A stretch of DNA of 64,000 nt from Bacteroidota bacterium (GTDB lineage Bacteria; Bacteroidota; Ignavibacteria; UBA10030; BY39): assembly GCA_030682385.1 (NCBI GenBank), contig JAUXOG010000085.1, positions 696 through 64,695 of the forward strand, written 5' to 3'. This document shows, one piece after another, positions 1-10,579 of this stretch. A program made the position numbers and the translations under genes. The notes under the pieces were generated by a model, which ran no database searches, was not told the origin of the DNA, and worked only from the letters and a program-made list of their open reading frames with translations. Numbering within the stretch: the stretch's first letter is position 1; each line of letters opens with the position of its first letter.

Positions 1-408
1 CCCCTTTGTAAAAAAATAATGAACACGCCCCATTCCTAACAACATTATTATACCTTGATCGCCGATAACTCGAGGGGTAAAATGTGTAAAAACCGAAGTA
101 TCCTGCCGCACTCCACGCATCATTTTATGAAATACATCGAGCGCCTTTAACGTATCCGGAAATGTAGAAATATATAGCTCGCACTTAGTATCATCATTCT
201 CATAAAACGCGACGATGTTTTCTGTACCAGAAACAAATTTATTATGTAATTGATTTACATTTTGCTCGGCTTCCTTATTATCTAAGGTTCGTTGCAAATC
301 CATTCCGGCAAGTTTTTCAGGGACTAAATATTCTATGTTACTTTTTTTACTACACGCTGAAAATGAAACTATAAAAAAAAGAAAGATAAATATTTTGGGA
401 GCCGTCAT
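1..408 (-). CDS. Hypothetical lipoprotein, 3' end runs off the window (missed by the ORF track)
   Basis: Hand translation from ATG at 408 (ATGA overlap with the upstream stop at 405-407) is open to position 1: MTAPKIFIFLFFIVSFSACSKKSNIEYLVPEKLAGM...; hydrophobic leader with FSAC lipobox. Confidence 0.7.
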   Translation of the reverse strand, partial: MTAPKIFIFLFFIVSFSACSKKSNIEYLVPEKLAGMDLQRTLDNKEAEQNVNQLHNKFVSGTENIVAFYENDDTKCELYISTFPDTLKALDVFHKMMRGVRQDTSVFTHFTPRVIGDQGIIMLLGMGRVHYFFTKG

Positions 409-3400
409 TTTAATAGAATCATTTTCCGGATTTCAATATAGTTACCTGCCGAAAATTTATAATAATAGATCCCGCCAGATAAATTTTTAGCATCAAACTC
501 CACGCTGTAACTGCCCGTCTCCTGAAATTTATCAACAACAACTGCAACTTCCTTCCCCAAAATATCATATACTTTTAGTATAACGAAACTACCAGACGGT
601 ATCTGATAAGTAATCATCGTTGACGGATTAAAAGGATTGGGATAGTTCTGCTTCAAAGCATAGTTTGTTATTTCTCCACTTTGAGCGGTACCAGCAAGTC
701 GCTCCAATGAAATCGATTTTAACAATTCGTCGTTAATAGAAATAGATCCTGTACCTTTCAATTCATAATCGAAATTTCCCTGCCGGTCAGCAATTCTGTA
801 AATCACGTTATCCGTAATCTCCCACTCAAGCTGCAGCGGAAGCGATGAAGTTTGTAATAATATGCGATGCTTTTTATGATCGTTGATTAAAGCCGCTGTA
901 CGTCCTGATTCAAATCGAATATCAAAGGCATCGGTCGGTGGGATAGGTGGCAGTTCAAATTTATCGAGAGGCAAATTAACTTCGTCCATAAAATATAAAA
1001 CCTGCTGTTTGCCTCCTCTATCTGTAAACTTCAGTTTATTCGCATTAAGCTGAGAAGCTGCGGTGGCGTTTTTAGAATTTGATTTGGAAACACTATTCAG
1101 TATTAATTTTCCCGAACCATTTGCTTTCACCCAGTAACCTTTCATCGGTTCAATATTTTCGGCTGATGTGTATCCGTTATCGTAACCCCAAAAAACTGAA
1201 CTTATTAAACCAGATGGATCCTGTAAAATGCTGCTTGTCGTAACAGGTGTGGTGATAGAACCAATTATATTCCATCCGTTCGTTAAATTAATCGTATCGT
1301 TTTGTAATGGATCACCGTTGACCTCAATTGATTGTGCCGAAGGAAATTTTAACCAATAACCAGAACCTTGGGAGAGTGTATCTCTCAAAACATATCCACC
1401 TGAAAAAGCATAAGCAGGCGAAGTGCTGAATGGAAATACGGAAATATTTCTTAGTTCAGTTCTCAATGTCGGGACTGATACCAAATTCCAACCCTGATTC
1501 ACATTTCTTGATACCGAAAACGAGCCGGTTGTAATATATTTGAAATCAACCATTGAGTTAACGTCATTGTCCACATTCCGAGCCAGAGTCATAATAAAAT
1601 ATTCGGTGGCAGCATTAAGCCCAACTACTTGAACTCCTGCATTCCCGTTCCAAGATGAATAAGTTTTCCAAACAGGATCAATTCCCAATGTTCCATCGTT
1701 TTGAACATAAGAATCGATTAAACTGTCGCTTGTAACTTTTATCGCATATTCAGTTACACTTGGGTTTGATTTTGTATCAATCACGATATAAATCGAAGTG
1801 GTTCCGTATGTAAATTTGTCTTTGATATCCGGCTTCATAGCTAATGTATAACTTGTAGCCGTGGCAAAATTTCCTTCACCTTGCAGATTGTAAGCTAATA
1901 CTTCATAAATATATTGAGCATTCGGTAACAGAAGAGTATCAGTAAACGAAGTTGTATTGGGCGGAAGGTCTCCGCTAACATTTGATTTTGCAAGACCGTT
2001 GTGACGGTAAACGCGGTAACCCAACTCGTCGTTTGCATTATCAACCCATGTGAACTTAATTTGCGAGTCCGATTTTTCGGTTACTACTAAATTTGAAGGA
2101 GCTACAGGTACATTAGCAATTGTGAAACTTCGTGGCGAACCTGTGCCTACAGTGGTTCCGGTAGCATTCTCTGCTACCACTTTCCAATAAAACGTTTTGC
2201 CCGATGTTAAATTCTGGTACTCAAACGAGGTGGCAGTTTGATTCGAACTTACAACCGTTAACGGATTACTCAGCGTATCTAAGAAAACATCATAACCGGC
2301 TGCTTGTGATGATGTACCCCATGTTAAATTTCCCGATCGAGGTTGATTGATAGCGCCGTTCGTTGGCAGCAACAAATTAAAACCACCCGGTGCAGCTAAT
2401 GCGAGAGTTTTAAAATTCCACGGTGAGCCCGTCGCTTCAAGTGTATTAGTACTATTTTTTGCTACAACTTTCCAATAGTAAGTTGTGTTATACGCGGTTC
2501 CGCTATAAGAAAACGAAGTACCTGCTTGATTCGTGCTTACGATTGTCGTAGGTGGATTGGTAGTTCCAAAATAAACATCATAACCGGTTGCACCGATAGA
2601 AGCTTGCCAGGTAAGCAAACCGCTGAGTGATTGATCTATAGAATTATTAGCTGGCGATAGTAAATTAAACGCCGACAAAGATTGAAAAACATATTTTGCT
2701 ACAACAGGAATATGGTCGGCACCATAATGCAGTCCATGCGCAACGCTATCAGGAACAGCAGAGTTCGGAAGACGATTTATCGAATCATTAAAATGGTTGC
2801 CGTCATTTCCATAAGCTTTGTAGGATGCACTAATAAGATTGTCGGTGAGGCTGAATGAATTCAACAACATATCAAATCGGTCGTCCATCCCGCCATTCGC
2901 ACCACCACCAAAGGCTCGCGTGCGCGGAGACTGCGTGTGATGAATTGCGTAAACGCTCTGGTTCCATGTACCGGTCAAAGTTTTCGGATCGAAACATCTT
3001 CCATCGTTATCAGCTTCGCTTCCTATTAATTTTTGATATGCAGGTTCAGAGCTTTTGTATATGTTAAAGTCGCCGCCCACAATAAAATTTGTATTTGCAG
3101 GTAAGGCATTCATATGATTCCTCAAGATCGTTACTTCAGCAAGCCTCTTATTTTCATCATCCGTAGTCGCACTGGCTTTAAGATGTAGTGAATATATTTT
3201 TATGACTTCACCACTGTTAGTGTGCCGAAATGTGTATTCTGCAATCTGCCTTAAAGCTGTGTTGATGTATTGGGCACCGAGATAAGTTACCTTGTCCGAC
3301 CGATAATAAAAACTATTATCAGTATCTGGACCATCATTAAAAGTTACCGTAGAGTAAAGTCCAGGTTGATATTTATTCATTACTTCATTCAAGAAAGTGG

Positions 3401-3629
3401 TTACTCCGGTTTGACTTATCATCTCTTGAACAATCAGCACATCGGGTTTCATGGAATGGATAACAGGACGGAAGAATGGATTTCGGATAGCGGCATCTGA
3501 ACCGGGATAATTTAAAATGTTGTAAGTGACTATAGTCAAAGTATCGGTTTGACTGTAAGATGCTGACGCGAAAATGCAGCACGATATTGCTATTATGTAT
3601 ATTACAATAGCGCTCGGGAGACGGCGCAT
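405..3629 (-). CDS. Secreted endonuclease/exonuclease/phosphatase (EEP) domain protein with FN3-like repeats and T9SS C-terminal sorting domain
   Basis: Signal peptide; EEP motifs TYNILN, VQEM, GGDFN, DDRFD, ADHIPV; two TW..A.GYDV..YYWKVVA repeats plus an FN3 domain; C-terminal QNYPNPFNPST...RKMILLK. Confidence 0.85.
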   Translation of the reverse strand: MRRLPSAIVIYIIAISCCIFASASYSQTDTLTIVTYNILNYPGSDAAIRNPFFRPVIHSMKPDVLIVQEMISQTGVTTFLNEVMNKYQPGLYSTVTFNDGPDTDNSFYYRSDKVTYLGAQYINTALRQIAEYTFRHTNSGEVIKIYSLHLKASATTDDENKRLAEVTILRNHMNALPANTNFIVGGDFNIYKSSEPAYQKLIGSEADNDGRCFDPKTLTGTWNQSVYAIHHTQSPRTRAFGGGANGGMDDRFDMLLNSFSLTDNLISASYKAYGNDGNHFNDSINRLPNSAVPDSVAHGLHYGADHIPVVAKYVFQSLSAFNLLSPANNSIDQSLSGLLTWQASIGATGYDVYFGTTNPPTTIVSTNQAGTSFSYSGTAYNTTYYWKVVAKNSTNTLEATGSPWNFKTLALAAPGGFNLLLPTNGAINQPRSGNLTWGTSSQAAGYDVFLDTLSNPLTVVSSNQTATSFEYQNLTSGKTFYWKVVAENATGTTVGTGSPRSFTIANVPVAPSNLVVTEKSDSQIKFTWVDNANDELGYRVYRHNGLAKSNVSGDLPPNTTSFTDTLLLPNAQYIYEVLAYNLQGEGNFATATSYTLAMKPDIKDKFTYGTTSIYIVIDTKSNPSVTEYAIKVTSDSLIDSYVQNDGTLGIDPVWKTYSSWNGNAGVQVVGLNAATEYFIMTLARNVDNDVNSMVDFKYITTGSFSVSRNVNQGWNLVSVPTLRTELRNISVFPFSTSPAYAFSGGYVLRDTLSQGSGYWLKFPSAQSIEVNGDPLQNDTINLTNGWNIIGSITTPVTTSSILQDPSGLISSVFWGYDNGYTSAENIEPMKGYWVKANGSGKLILNSVSKSNSKNATAASQLNANKLKFTDRGGKQQVLYFMDEVNLPLDKFELPPIPPTDAFDIRFESGRTAALINDHKKHRILLQTSSLPLQLEWEITDNVIYRIADRQGNFDYELKGTGSISINDELLKSISLERLAGTAQSGEITNYALKQNYPNPFNPSTMITYQIPSGSFVILKVYDILGKEVAVVVDKFQETGSYSVEFDAKNLSGGIYYYKFSAGNYIEIRKMILLK

Positions 3630-3715
3630 AATAATTACTTTCTATTGTTATTTATATGTTTTTTTCTACTTAATTCTAATGCTTTTATCATTAAAAATCA
3701 ATTGTTGGATAGGAC

Positions 3716-3741
3716 GACGCGGATATCTGTGATGTGCTTCA
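3716..3741 (-). promoter_or_regulatory. Candidate ECF-sigma promoter upstream of the EEP nuclease gene
   Basis: Minus strand TGAAGC-N16-CGTC, resembling the TGAAAC-N16-CGT(A/C) ECF consensus, in a GC-rich patch of an AT-rich spacer just after the anti-sigma gene. Confidence 0.3.
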
Positions 3742-3762
3742 ATATAAAAAAAACGGGTAAAG

Positions 3763-4026
3763 CTATAAGCTTGAAATATTACTCTTTTTAAGAGATTTTG
3801 AGGGTATTTCTAGATTTAAGGAAAGCACTAAATTCTTTCGGGCAGATTTTCCTAATTTTGGACTTTTTTGATTTTTGTATAACAGAACAGTTTTTTTGAG
3901 TGTCTCTAAATAAGCAGTGCAATTAGGACAATGGTCTAAATGTTTTTTGATTTCGATGCAGGTCGGAGAATTTAGGTTGGCATCTAAATTTTCACATATA
4001 TAACGATATGTTTTTTTACAAGTCAT
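3763..4026 (-). CDS. Zinc-finger (ZAS/zf-HC2) anti-sigma factor, soluble
   Basis: HLDHCPNC (HxxxCxxC) motif plus N-terminal Cys; directly downstream of an ECF sigma; no transmembrane segment. Confidence 0.85.
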   Translation of the reverse strand: MTCKKTYRYICENLDANLNSPTCIEIKKHLDHCPNCTAYLETLKKTVLLYKNQKSPKLGKSARKNLVLSLNLEIPSKSLKKSNISSL

Positions 4027-4028
4027 TT

Positions 4029-4622
4029 TTAGTGAGTTAAATATTTATTCAATTCATCACGTAAAAAAACCCGAGCACGCCGCAAACGCGATTTAACTGC
4101 GGGCACGGAGAGTTTTAAAATTTTCGCAGTTTCTTCTGCCGAGCGTCCTTCAATATCGCGCAGAACAAATACGACTCTATAGTCCTGCGGAAGTTTTAAT
4201 ATTGCCGCATCCATTTTCTCCTGTAATTCTTTATCCATTAATAATTCAGCGGGCGACGGGTCCCACGCAGCGAATTCACTTGGTTCCATTCCCTCAGCCG
4301 GTGGTTCATCATACGAAATCCACAAATCGTCTAACTTTCGTTTGCGGTGTTTCATCATACAATTGTTCGTAACAATACTGTAAAGCCAGGTCGAAAATTT
4401 TGAGTCGCCTCTAAAGCTTGAAATATTTTTATAAACGTTAATGAAAGTATCCTGCAGGGTCTGCTCAGCTTTTTCTTTGTTTCTGCACACCTTGTACGAG
4501 AAACTGTAGATCATATCTTCATAACGGCGCACAAGCTCGGTAAAAGCGCGTTCATCACCCATCCCGGCTTTTTGAATCAGCCCCAGTTCGTTGTCTTCAA
4601 TATTTAATTGTTTTGATACCAC
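4029..4622 (-). CDS. ECF RNA polymerase sigma factor
   Basis: Region 2 (AEQTLQDTF..FRGDSKFSTWLYSI) and region 4 (LPQDYRVVFVLRDIEG.S.EETAKIL..SVPAVKSRLRRAR). Probable GTG start at 4622; track start is TTG at 4661. Confidence 0.9.
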   Translation of the reverse strand: MVSKQLNIEDNELGLIQKAGMGDERAFTELVRRYEDMIYSFSYKVCRNKEKAEQTLQDTFINVYKNISSFRGDSKFSTWLYSIVTNNCMMKHRKRKLDDLWISYDEPPAEGMEPSEFAAWDPSPAELLMDKELQEKMDAAILKLPQDYRVVFVLRDIEGRSAEETAKILKLSVPAVKSRLRRARVFLRDELNKYLTH

Positions 4623-4665
4623 AATTGATTTGAATATAAGATAAGCGAATATGATTAGCAAAAGT

Positions 4666-5328
4666 TTATAACTTATTAACTCCGTGTTTTACTAATCGAG
4701 CTTGTGTTATAAAAATAACTTCCTCGGCAATGTTTGTGGCAAGGTCGGCAACTCGTTCGAGGTTATGGCTAATACGCATCAGATGTAAACAGCCCTCAAT
4801 CATTTCACATGAATCTTTCATAACAGCAATAACATCCTTCGCTGTTTTGCGATTCATATCGTCCATAATATCATCTCTATCAAGGACGGATTGTGCGAGT
4901 TTTGGATCCTGGTGTATAAAACTATCAATAGCATCGCGAAGCATATGCTGAGCAAGTTCACACATTTTAGGAAGGTTTAGCATTGGCTCTTGGACGCCGG
5001 TTTGAGCTATCGTGAGTGCCGACTCTGCAATGTTCACCGCGTGGTCGCCAATCCGTTCAAGGTCGTTATTAATTTTTTGTGCAGCAAGAATCAATCGCAA
5101 ATCTACAGCGACCGGCTGCTGTAAAGCGAGTAAGTCGATGATAGCAAAATCAATTTCTATTTCGAGCAAATTAATTCGCTTATCGCCCTCAATAATTTGT
5201 TTAGCAAGCTGCTTATCTTGTTCAAGAAATGCTTTGAGCGATGAGCCGACTGCATCCTCAACCGCGCTCGCCATTTTAATTAAATTGGTTTTTAAACTTT
5301 CTAATTCTTTTTCAAAGTGTCGCTGCAT
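4666..5328 (-). CDS. phoU: Phosphate signalling complex protein PhoU
   Basis: Two PhoU repeats (DLERIGDHAVNIAE; NLERVADLATNIAEEVIF); follows pstB. ATG 5328 has a GGAG SD; track start 5358. Confidence 0.95.
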   Translation of the reverse strand: MQRHFEKELESLKTNLIKMASAVEDAVGSSLKAFLEQDKQLAKQIIEGDKRINLLEIEIDFAIIDLLALQQPVAVDLRLILAAQKINNDLERIGDHAVNIAESALTIAQTGVQEPMLNLPKMCELAQHMLRDAIDSFIHQDPKLAQSVLDRDDIMDDMNRKTAKDVIAVMKDSCEMIEGCLHLMRISHNLERVADLATNIAEEVIFITQARLVKHGVNKL

Positions 5329-5415
5329 ATTAGCTCCGTTTTTCTTTGTATAATGCAAAATAATCTCTAAATCCGAAATTTTTCCGGTTGAATATCGAAT
5401 ATTGATTTACTTTTC

Positions 5416-6183
5416 TCATCCAAAACGCCCCGTAATGTAGTCTTCAGTCTGCTTCTTCGATGGAGTAGTGAATATTTTCTTTGTTAAATCGTACTCAATA
5501 ATTTCACCTAAATAGAAAAATGCAGTGCGATCGCTTACACGGGCTGCTTGCTGCATATTGTGAGTTACAATTACAATAGTGTATTTTTCTTTCAATTCAA
5601 ATATAAGTTCTTCAATCTTCGCAGTAGCCAGGGGGTCGAGGGCACTTGCCGGTTCATCCATCAGTAAAATTTCAGGGTCAACAGCTAATGCACGAGCTAT
5701 ACACAAACGCTGCTGCTGCCCACCCGAAAGAGCTAATCCGCTCTTATTCAACTCGTCCTTTACCTCATCCCATAAAGCTGCCCGTTTAAGACTTCTTTCA
5801 ACGATTTCATCTAAAATATTTTTATTACGGATGCCATTTATCTTGGGACCGTAGGCAACATTTTCGTAGATGGACTTAGGAAACGGATTCGATTTTTGAA
5901 AAATCATACCGACCTGTTTACGTAGCTCCACTACGTTTATGTTCTTATCGTAAATATTTATTTCATCTACATAAACTTCGCCGGTTGTCTTTACATTATC
6001 AATCAGGTCGTTCATCCGGTTTAACGAGCGCAAGAAAGTCGATTTACCACAACCCGACGGTCCAATCAATGCTGTTACATTGTTCGGCAGAATATCGAGT
6101 GTTACATTCTTCAAAGCCTGTTTTGCACCGTAAAAAAGATTTAATTCTTGTGTTCGTATTTTTATATTTTGATTCATCCGCAT
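5416..6183 (-). CDS. pstB: Phosphate ABC transporter ATPase
   Basis: GPSGCGKS Walker [16 protein letters not shown] signature, [27 protein letters not shown] end. Confidence 0.97.
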   Translation of the reverse strand: MRMNQNIKIRTQELNLFYGAKQALKNVTLDILPNNVTALIGPSGCGKSTFLRSLNRMNDLIDNVKTTGEVYVDEINIYDKNINVVELRKQVGMIFQKSNPFPKSIYENVAYGPKINGIRNKNILDEIVERSLKRAALWDEVKDELNKSGLALSGGQQQRLCIARALAVDPEILLMDEPASALDPLATAKIEELIFELKEKYTIVIVTHNMQQAARVSDRTAFFYLGEIIEYDLTKKIFTTPSKKQTEDYITGRFG

Positions 6184-7088
6184 TAGTGGATTGCTCTTTT
6201 CCTGATTTTATATCTTAAAAACATTGCTGCAAAAGTTAATGTAAAAGTTAAAACTAAAAGCACGAGTGTAGTAGCATACTGGATTCCGAGTGTTGCTTCA
6301 ACATCGTGCGATTGAGTTGCCATAACATAAACGTGATAACCTAAATTCATAAATTGGTCGGACAAACTGCCGGGCAAATGCGGAAGATAATATGCGACTC
6401 CTGTAAAAAGAATCGGCGCCACTTCGCCCGCTCCCCTGCCAACAGCGAGTATTGTTCCTGTAAATATACCGTTCAATGAATTCGGTAGAACAACTTTATA
6501 AATTGTTTGCCATTTAGTGGCACCAAGTGCCAAGCTCGCTTCGCGCAAATCTTTTGGAACTGAACGGATAGTTTCCTCGACCGAGACGATTACAACCGGC
6601 AAAGTTAAAAGCGCCATCGTCAAACTTGCCCAGAGAATATTCGGTTGACCCCAGTGCAGTTCAACACCACCGGTTAAAATATTATCCATACCGGTTCCAA
6701 CAAATTGTATAAAAAAACCAAGTCCAAATAAACCAAACACTATCGACGGAACTCCGGCAAGTGTGTTTACAGCAAACCTGACCAAGCGCGTTAAAATTGA
6801 TTTCCGACTTGCATACTCGCTTAAATAGACTGCGGTTATGGTTCCAATCGGAACACCCACTATCGACATAATCAGGACTAACAATACGGTTCCGATAATC
6901 GCTGGGAATATTCCGCCCGCCGTCATTCCCTCGGTTGGGACACCAGTTAAAAATTCCCAGCTTATTAAATCTTTACCACCTAAAATTACATCGGACATTA
7001 TAAGAACAATAGCTGCCACAATTAAAAATGCGGATAGGAAAGTTACACCCACAACGAGCCAACCGGTTATTTTCCGTTGCAGTTTCAC
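6183..7088 (-). CDS. pstA: Phosphate ABC transporter permease PstA
   Basis: [39 protein letters not shown]; GTG start overlaps the pstC stop. Confidence 0.93.
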   Translation of the reverse strand: MKLQRKITGWLVVGVTFLSAFLIVAAIVLIMSDVILGGKDLISWEFLTGVPTEGMTAGGIFPAIIGTVLLVLIMSIVGVPIGTITAVYLSEYASRKSILTRLVRFAVNTLAGVPSIVFGLFGLGFFIQFVGTGMDNILTGGVELHWGQPNILWASLTMALLTLPVVIVSVEETIRSVPKDLREASLALGATKWQTIYKVVLPNSLNGIFTGTILAVGRGAGEVAPILFTGVAYYLPHLPGSLSDQFMNLGYHVYVMATQSHDVEATLGIQYATTLVLLVLTFTLTFAAMFLRYKIRKRAIH

Positions 7089-8134
7089 TATTCTCCTCCG
7101 ATGTGTTTCATTAATTTATTTCGAACATAAAATTCGGCAATTGCATTCAGAACGAATGTGAATATAAAAAGTATCGAACCAATCATAAACAAAACATTGT
7201 AATGAGTGTCGCCAAAAACGACTTCAGCCATTTCTGCACCAATCGTTGCCGACATCGTTCGCACCGGCTCGAATAGTTTAATAGACATCAGAGAAGCATT
7301 TCCGGTTGCCATCAACACGATCATAGTTTCGCCGAATGCTCTTCCAACTCCTAATAATATCGCTGCAAAAACTCCGGGAATTGCAGCAGGTAGAACCACG
7401 AACAAAGCTGTTTGCCACTTCGTCGCTCCAAGCGATAAACTTGCTTCGGTAAGAACTTTAGGAACAGAAGCAAGCGCATCTTCGGCTACTGTGTAAACAA
7501 TCGGAATTACAGCTAACGAAAGTGCTATCCCTCCGACAAAGGCATTCAGGCGGTATTCGTATCCAAAATGATTTTGTAAAAAAGTTGCCAAAACTACGAG
7601 GGCAAAAAAACCGATTACTACCGACGGAAAACCTGCAAGCATTTCAATTGTGGGTTTGATCAATTCCTTAACTTTTTTATTAGCAAATGCTGCTGTAAAT
7701 AAGGCAGCCAAGATTGCAACGGGCGCCCCGAATAGAACAGCTATCAACGTTACTTTTAAACTTCCAACCACTAACGGCAGCAGCCCATATTTTGGGTTTC
7801 GTGAAACCGGCTGCCATTCGCTTCCGGTTAAATTTTTGAGAGTTGCCTCCCCCTCATCCCCCGAAGTTTCTAACGGGGACACCACCTCTTTTTTTTCTTT
7901 ATCGGCAGACAAGTATTCTTCGCCGTAGGTTTCCTGAATCATTTCTTCTTTAACTTCTTGAATTTTTTCTTTCGGAAAAAATATTGGCAGCGCCTCTCTG
8001 AACACAAAAACAAATATCAAAATTATAAATGCGAAAGAAATGAACGAAACCCCTTTAATCGTATTCTCTGCTAAAAATTCAGGCAGGTTAAAACTGCGTT
8101 TCAGTAAAGGCGATGTATTTTTATCGGTAGTCAT
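7088..8134 (-). CDS. pstC: Phosphate ABC transporter permease PstC
   Basis: [41 protein letters not shown]. Confidence 0.93.
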   Translation of the reverse strand: MTTDKNTSPLLKRSFNLPEFLAENTIKGVSFISFAFIILIFVFVFREALPIFFPKEKIQEVKEEMIQETYGEEYLSADKEKKEVVSPLETSGDEGEATLKNLTGSEWQPVSRNPKYGLLPLVVGSLKVTLIAVLFGAPVAILAALFTAAFANKKVKELIKPTIEMLAGFPSVVIGFFALVVLATFLQNHFGYEYRLNAFVGGIALSLAVIPIVYTVAEDALASVPKVLTEASLSLGATKWQTALFVVLPAAIPGVFAAILLGVGRAFGETMIVLMATGNASLMSIKLFEPVRTMSATIGAEMAEVVFGDTHYNVLFMIGSILFIFTFVLNAIAEFYVRNKLMKHIGGE

Positions 8135-8135
8135 T

Positions 8136-8957
8136 TTATCTTATCGGAAAATATCCGACTTTTGTTATGATGGATTGCCCTTCGTCGCTGAGTATCCAAT
8201 CTATATATTTTTTTATTTCACCGGTCGGTCTTGTCCGGGTATAGATGTATAAGAAACGTGAAATTGGATAATCACCGGATCTAATATTTTCAGGAGTTGG
8301 TTCAAAGCCGGGCGATTTAGCATCGGTTTTAATTTTCAAGAATTTGATACCTTTTCCGTAAGCAGCACCCCCGTAACCAATTCCATTCTTATCTTTCGAA
8401 ACAGCATTCACAACTGCTGCCGTGCCGGGCATATTTTGAGCATAGGGTACAAAATCTTCACCCTCCAAAATATGGTCTTTGAAATAAACATAAGTACCCG
8501 AATTATTTTCACGACTGTAAAGAATTATTTTAGCATCTTGCCCGCCGACTTGTTTCCAGTTTGTAATATTACCGGTATAAATATTTTTTAATTGTTCCAA
8601 AGTTAATTCTTGAACAGGATTAGTATCGTTCACGTAAACCGAAAGCCCGTCCTTTGCAACTTTTATTTCAACACCGAGTGTGGCATACCGCTGTTTCAAT
8701 TTTTCCCGTTCACTTTTCTTCATAGGTCGCGATGAGTTGCATAAGTCGGTTGTTCCGTTTATCAACGCCGAAATTCCTGTTCCCGAACCACCGCCTGTTA
8801 CTTGTATTCTTACGTTCGGATTTTTTAGCATATATTCTTCAGCCAATCGCTGACCGAAAATTACCATCGTATCGGAACCTTTTACAGTTATTGTTTCGCC
8901 CGGCATCATAAATCCGAATGCTAATATTGTTAAGATTATCATTAAATTTTTAAACAT
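8136..8957 (-). CDS. pstS: Phosphate-binding protein PstS
   Basis: ITVKGSDTM, GGGSGTGI, SSRPMK, SRENNSGTY, YPISRFLY; AAGGAG SD. Confidence 0.93.
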   Translation of the reverse strand: MFKNLMIILTILAFGFMMPGETITVKGSDTMVIFGQRLAEEYMLKNPNVRIQVTGGGSGTGISALINGTTDLCNSSRPMKKSEREKLKQRYATLGVEIKVAKDGLSVYVNDTNPVQELTLEQLKNIYTGNITNWKQVGGQDAKIILYSRENNSGTYVYFKDHILEGEDFVPYAQNMPGTAAVVNAVSKDKNGIGYGGAAYGKGIKFLKIKTDAKSPGFEPTPENIRSGDYPISRFLYIYTRTRPTGEIKKYIDWILSDEGQSIITKVGYFPIR

Positions 8958-8987
8958 ATTCTTCTCCTTTTTTAAAATTTCCGGTTA

Positions 8988-10310
8988 TTAAAATAAATAC
9001 TGCATTCTTAACGTTAGGACATTATCCTTAACATCGCTTTTGAAATTAACTAACGCACCAGCCGCTGCGGCATTCACTGTTTCGTTTTGAACGATGTCGT
9101 AATAAATCATAAATTTTACATTCATATCCCAGTGATATACCCAACCGATTCCTAATGTGCTGTATTTAATATCGGCGACTGTTAAATTGCTTCCAACAAT
9201 TCCTATATCGTTTCCTTCAACATCGGTGTTAGGGTCAAGGACATCGAACTTCATAACAAACTGATTTGATAAACCGATATTTTGAATATAACTTATATAC
9301 CATCCTGTAAAATTGCGATTGTATAATTTCGGTGTAGCATCGGTTGGGGTTGGATAATAAAAGCTGTTCGATTTTTCTGTGCCGGGTTGTTTTCCTGTGA
9401 TAATCTCAGTTCGGATCGACATTCCACCGAAATTGGGAATATCATAATACAACTGAAAATCGGCGCCGTAATAATTACGCTCGAAATTTTTACCAATATT
9501 TGCAGCGGCTGAATCAACATCGTATCGCCGCACGGGGGATGACTCATCCATTTTGTAAACGTATTTAGAAGTAGTTGTAACTTTACCTAAATATAACGAA
9601 AGTCCACCATCAATCGATAAGTTTTGTTCGGCGAAAGGAATTTTGAAACCAGCTCTTCCGATAAAATCTTTGTTCCGGTCGTTTTCGTTTGCAGTCGGTA
9701 GAACACCATTAAAAAGACCGGCTTTGAAATTGATATAACTCAGCACACCTTCCTCGGCATTAGCTTCAAATTTCACGCCTAATTCTCTTTCACCTGGAAA
9801 CAGAGTTTGAAAAAGTCTGGATCGTTCTGCAGTTTCGCGCATACCCGAAGGATGGGAAATTTCAAATCCGAAAGGTCTATCGAACACACCCCCCGTGAAA
9901 GAAAAAGTTCTAATCCACGGGTCTCTAATCATCGCAAAGGCATCCTTAATACCAACTCCATTTTGTGTAATATCTATTTGAAGTACGTACTGAGTAATTT
10001 CCTGATCATAAACGAACTTAATTCTCCCGCGGCGAACTTGTAATCGGGAATTTACATTCGCGGGGAAACTGCCTCCTGCATAAGAACTTATCCCGGCACT
10101 CTCAGCCGTTTGATATTGGGTTTGAATATAACCCGACCATTTTATTTTTCTGATTATATCAACAAAATTTTTCATTTCAGTTATAGTTTCGTTCATACCT
10201 TCGATTGTTCCTTTAACCTCGCCGATATCATCTTTTGTAGCTAAAGAATCTTGGGCATTGATATTTATAGAAAATAATAAAAGCGTTATAATAGTAGAGG
10301 TTATTTTCAT
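8988..10310 (-). CDS. Outer-membrane porin, phosphate-selective OprO/OprP-like
   Basis: Signal peptide, short coiled segment, RRGRIK, FDRPFGFE, terminal aromatic (LRMQYLF); first gene of the pst operon. Start 10310; track start 10343. Confidence 0.75.
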   Translation of the reverse strand: MKITSTIITLLLFSININAQDSLATKDDIGEVKGTIEGMNETITEMKNFVDIIRKIKWSGYIQTQYQTAESAGISSYAGGSFPANVNSRLQVRRGRIKFVYDQEITQYVLQIDITQNGVGIKDAFAMIRDPWIRTFSFTGGVFDRPFGFEISHPSGMRETAERSRLFQTLFPGERELGVKFEANAEEGVLSYINFKAGLFNGVLPTANENDRNKDFIGRAGFKIPFAEQNLSIDGGLSLYLGKVTTTSKYVYKMDESSPVRRYDVDSAAANIGKNFERNYYGADFQLYYDIPNFGGMSIRTEIITGKQPGTEKSNSFYYPTPTDATPKLYNRNFTGWYISYIQNIGLSNQFVMKFDVLDPNTDVEGNDIGIVGSNLTVADIKYSTLGIGWVYHWDMNVKFMIYYDIVQNETVNAAAAGALVNFKSDVKDNVLTLRMQYLF

Positions 10311-10356
10311 TCGGCTACCTTTGATTTGTGAAACAACATACAATTTAAAGATAGTG

Positions 10357-10395
10357 TGTTATGTTAAAGTTAAGGCAATGTTATTAAATTGTTAA
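10357..10395 (-). promoter_or_regulatory. Pho-box-like operator 1 (porin-pst operon)
   Basis: Four half-sites at exact 11-bp spacing on the transcribed strand: TTAACA, ATAACA, TTAACT, ATAACA, followed by a TATCTT -10-like hexamer at 10353-10348. Confidence 0.7.
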
Positions 10396-10429
10396 GATTT
10401 AAACGTGGGTTTTACAATCTTTTCTAAAG

Positions 10430-10548
10430 GAGGTTGTCCAAAAAGTAAAATTTCCCGTCTGTCTGAACTTGTCGAATGCTAATTGCAGATCACTTTCACA
10501 TTTCGACAATCTCAATGTGCGACGCCTTCGGACTTATTGGACAGCCCC
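10430..10548. mobile_element. Candidate MITE / nested REP-like palindromic element, about 119 bp
   Basis: Terminal inverted repeats GGTTGTCCAAAAAGT (10432-10446) and ACTTATTGGACAGCC (10532-10546) pair at 13/15; inner inverted pair TTGTCGAA (10469-10476) and TTCGACAA (10502-10509); non-coding. Confidence 0.5.
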
Positions 10549-10579
10549 TGAGTCAAAGGAGTGATGAGAGGGGAAATAT

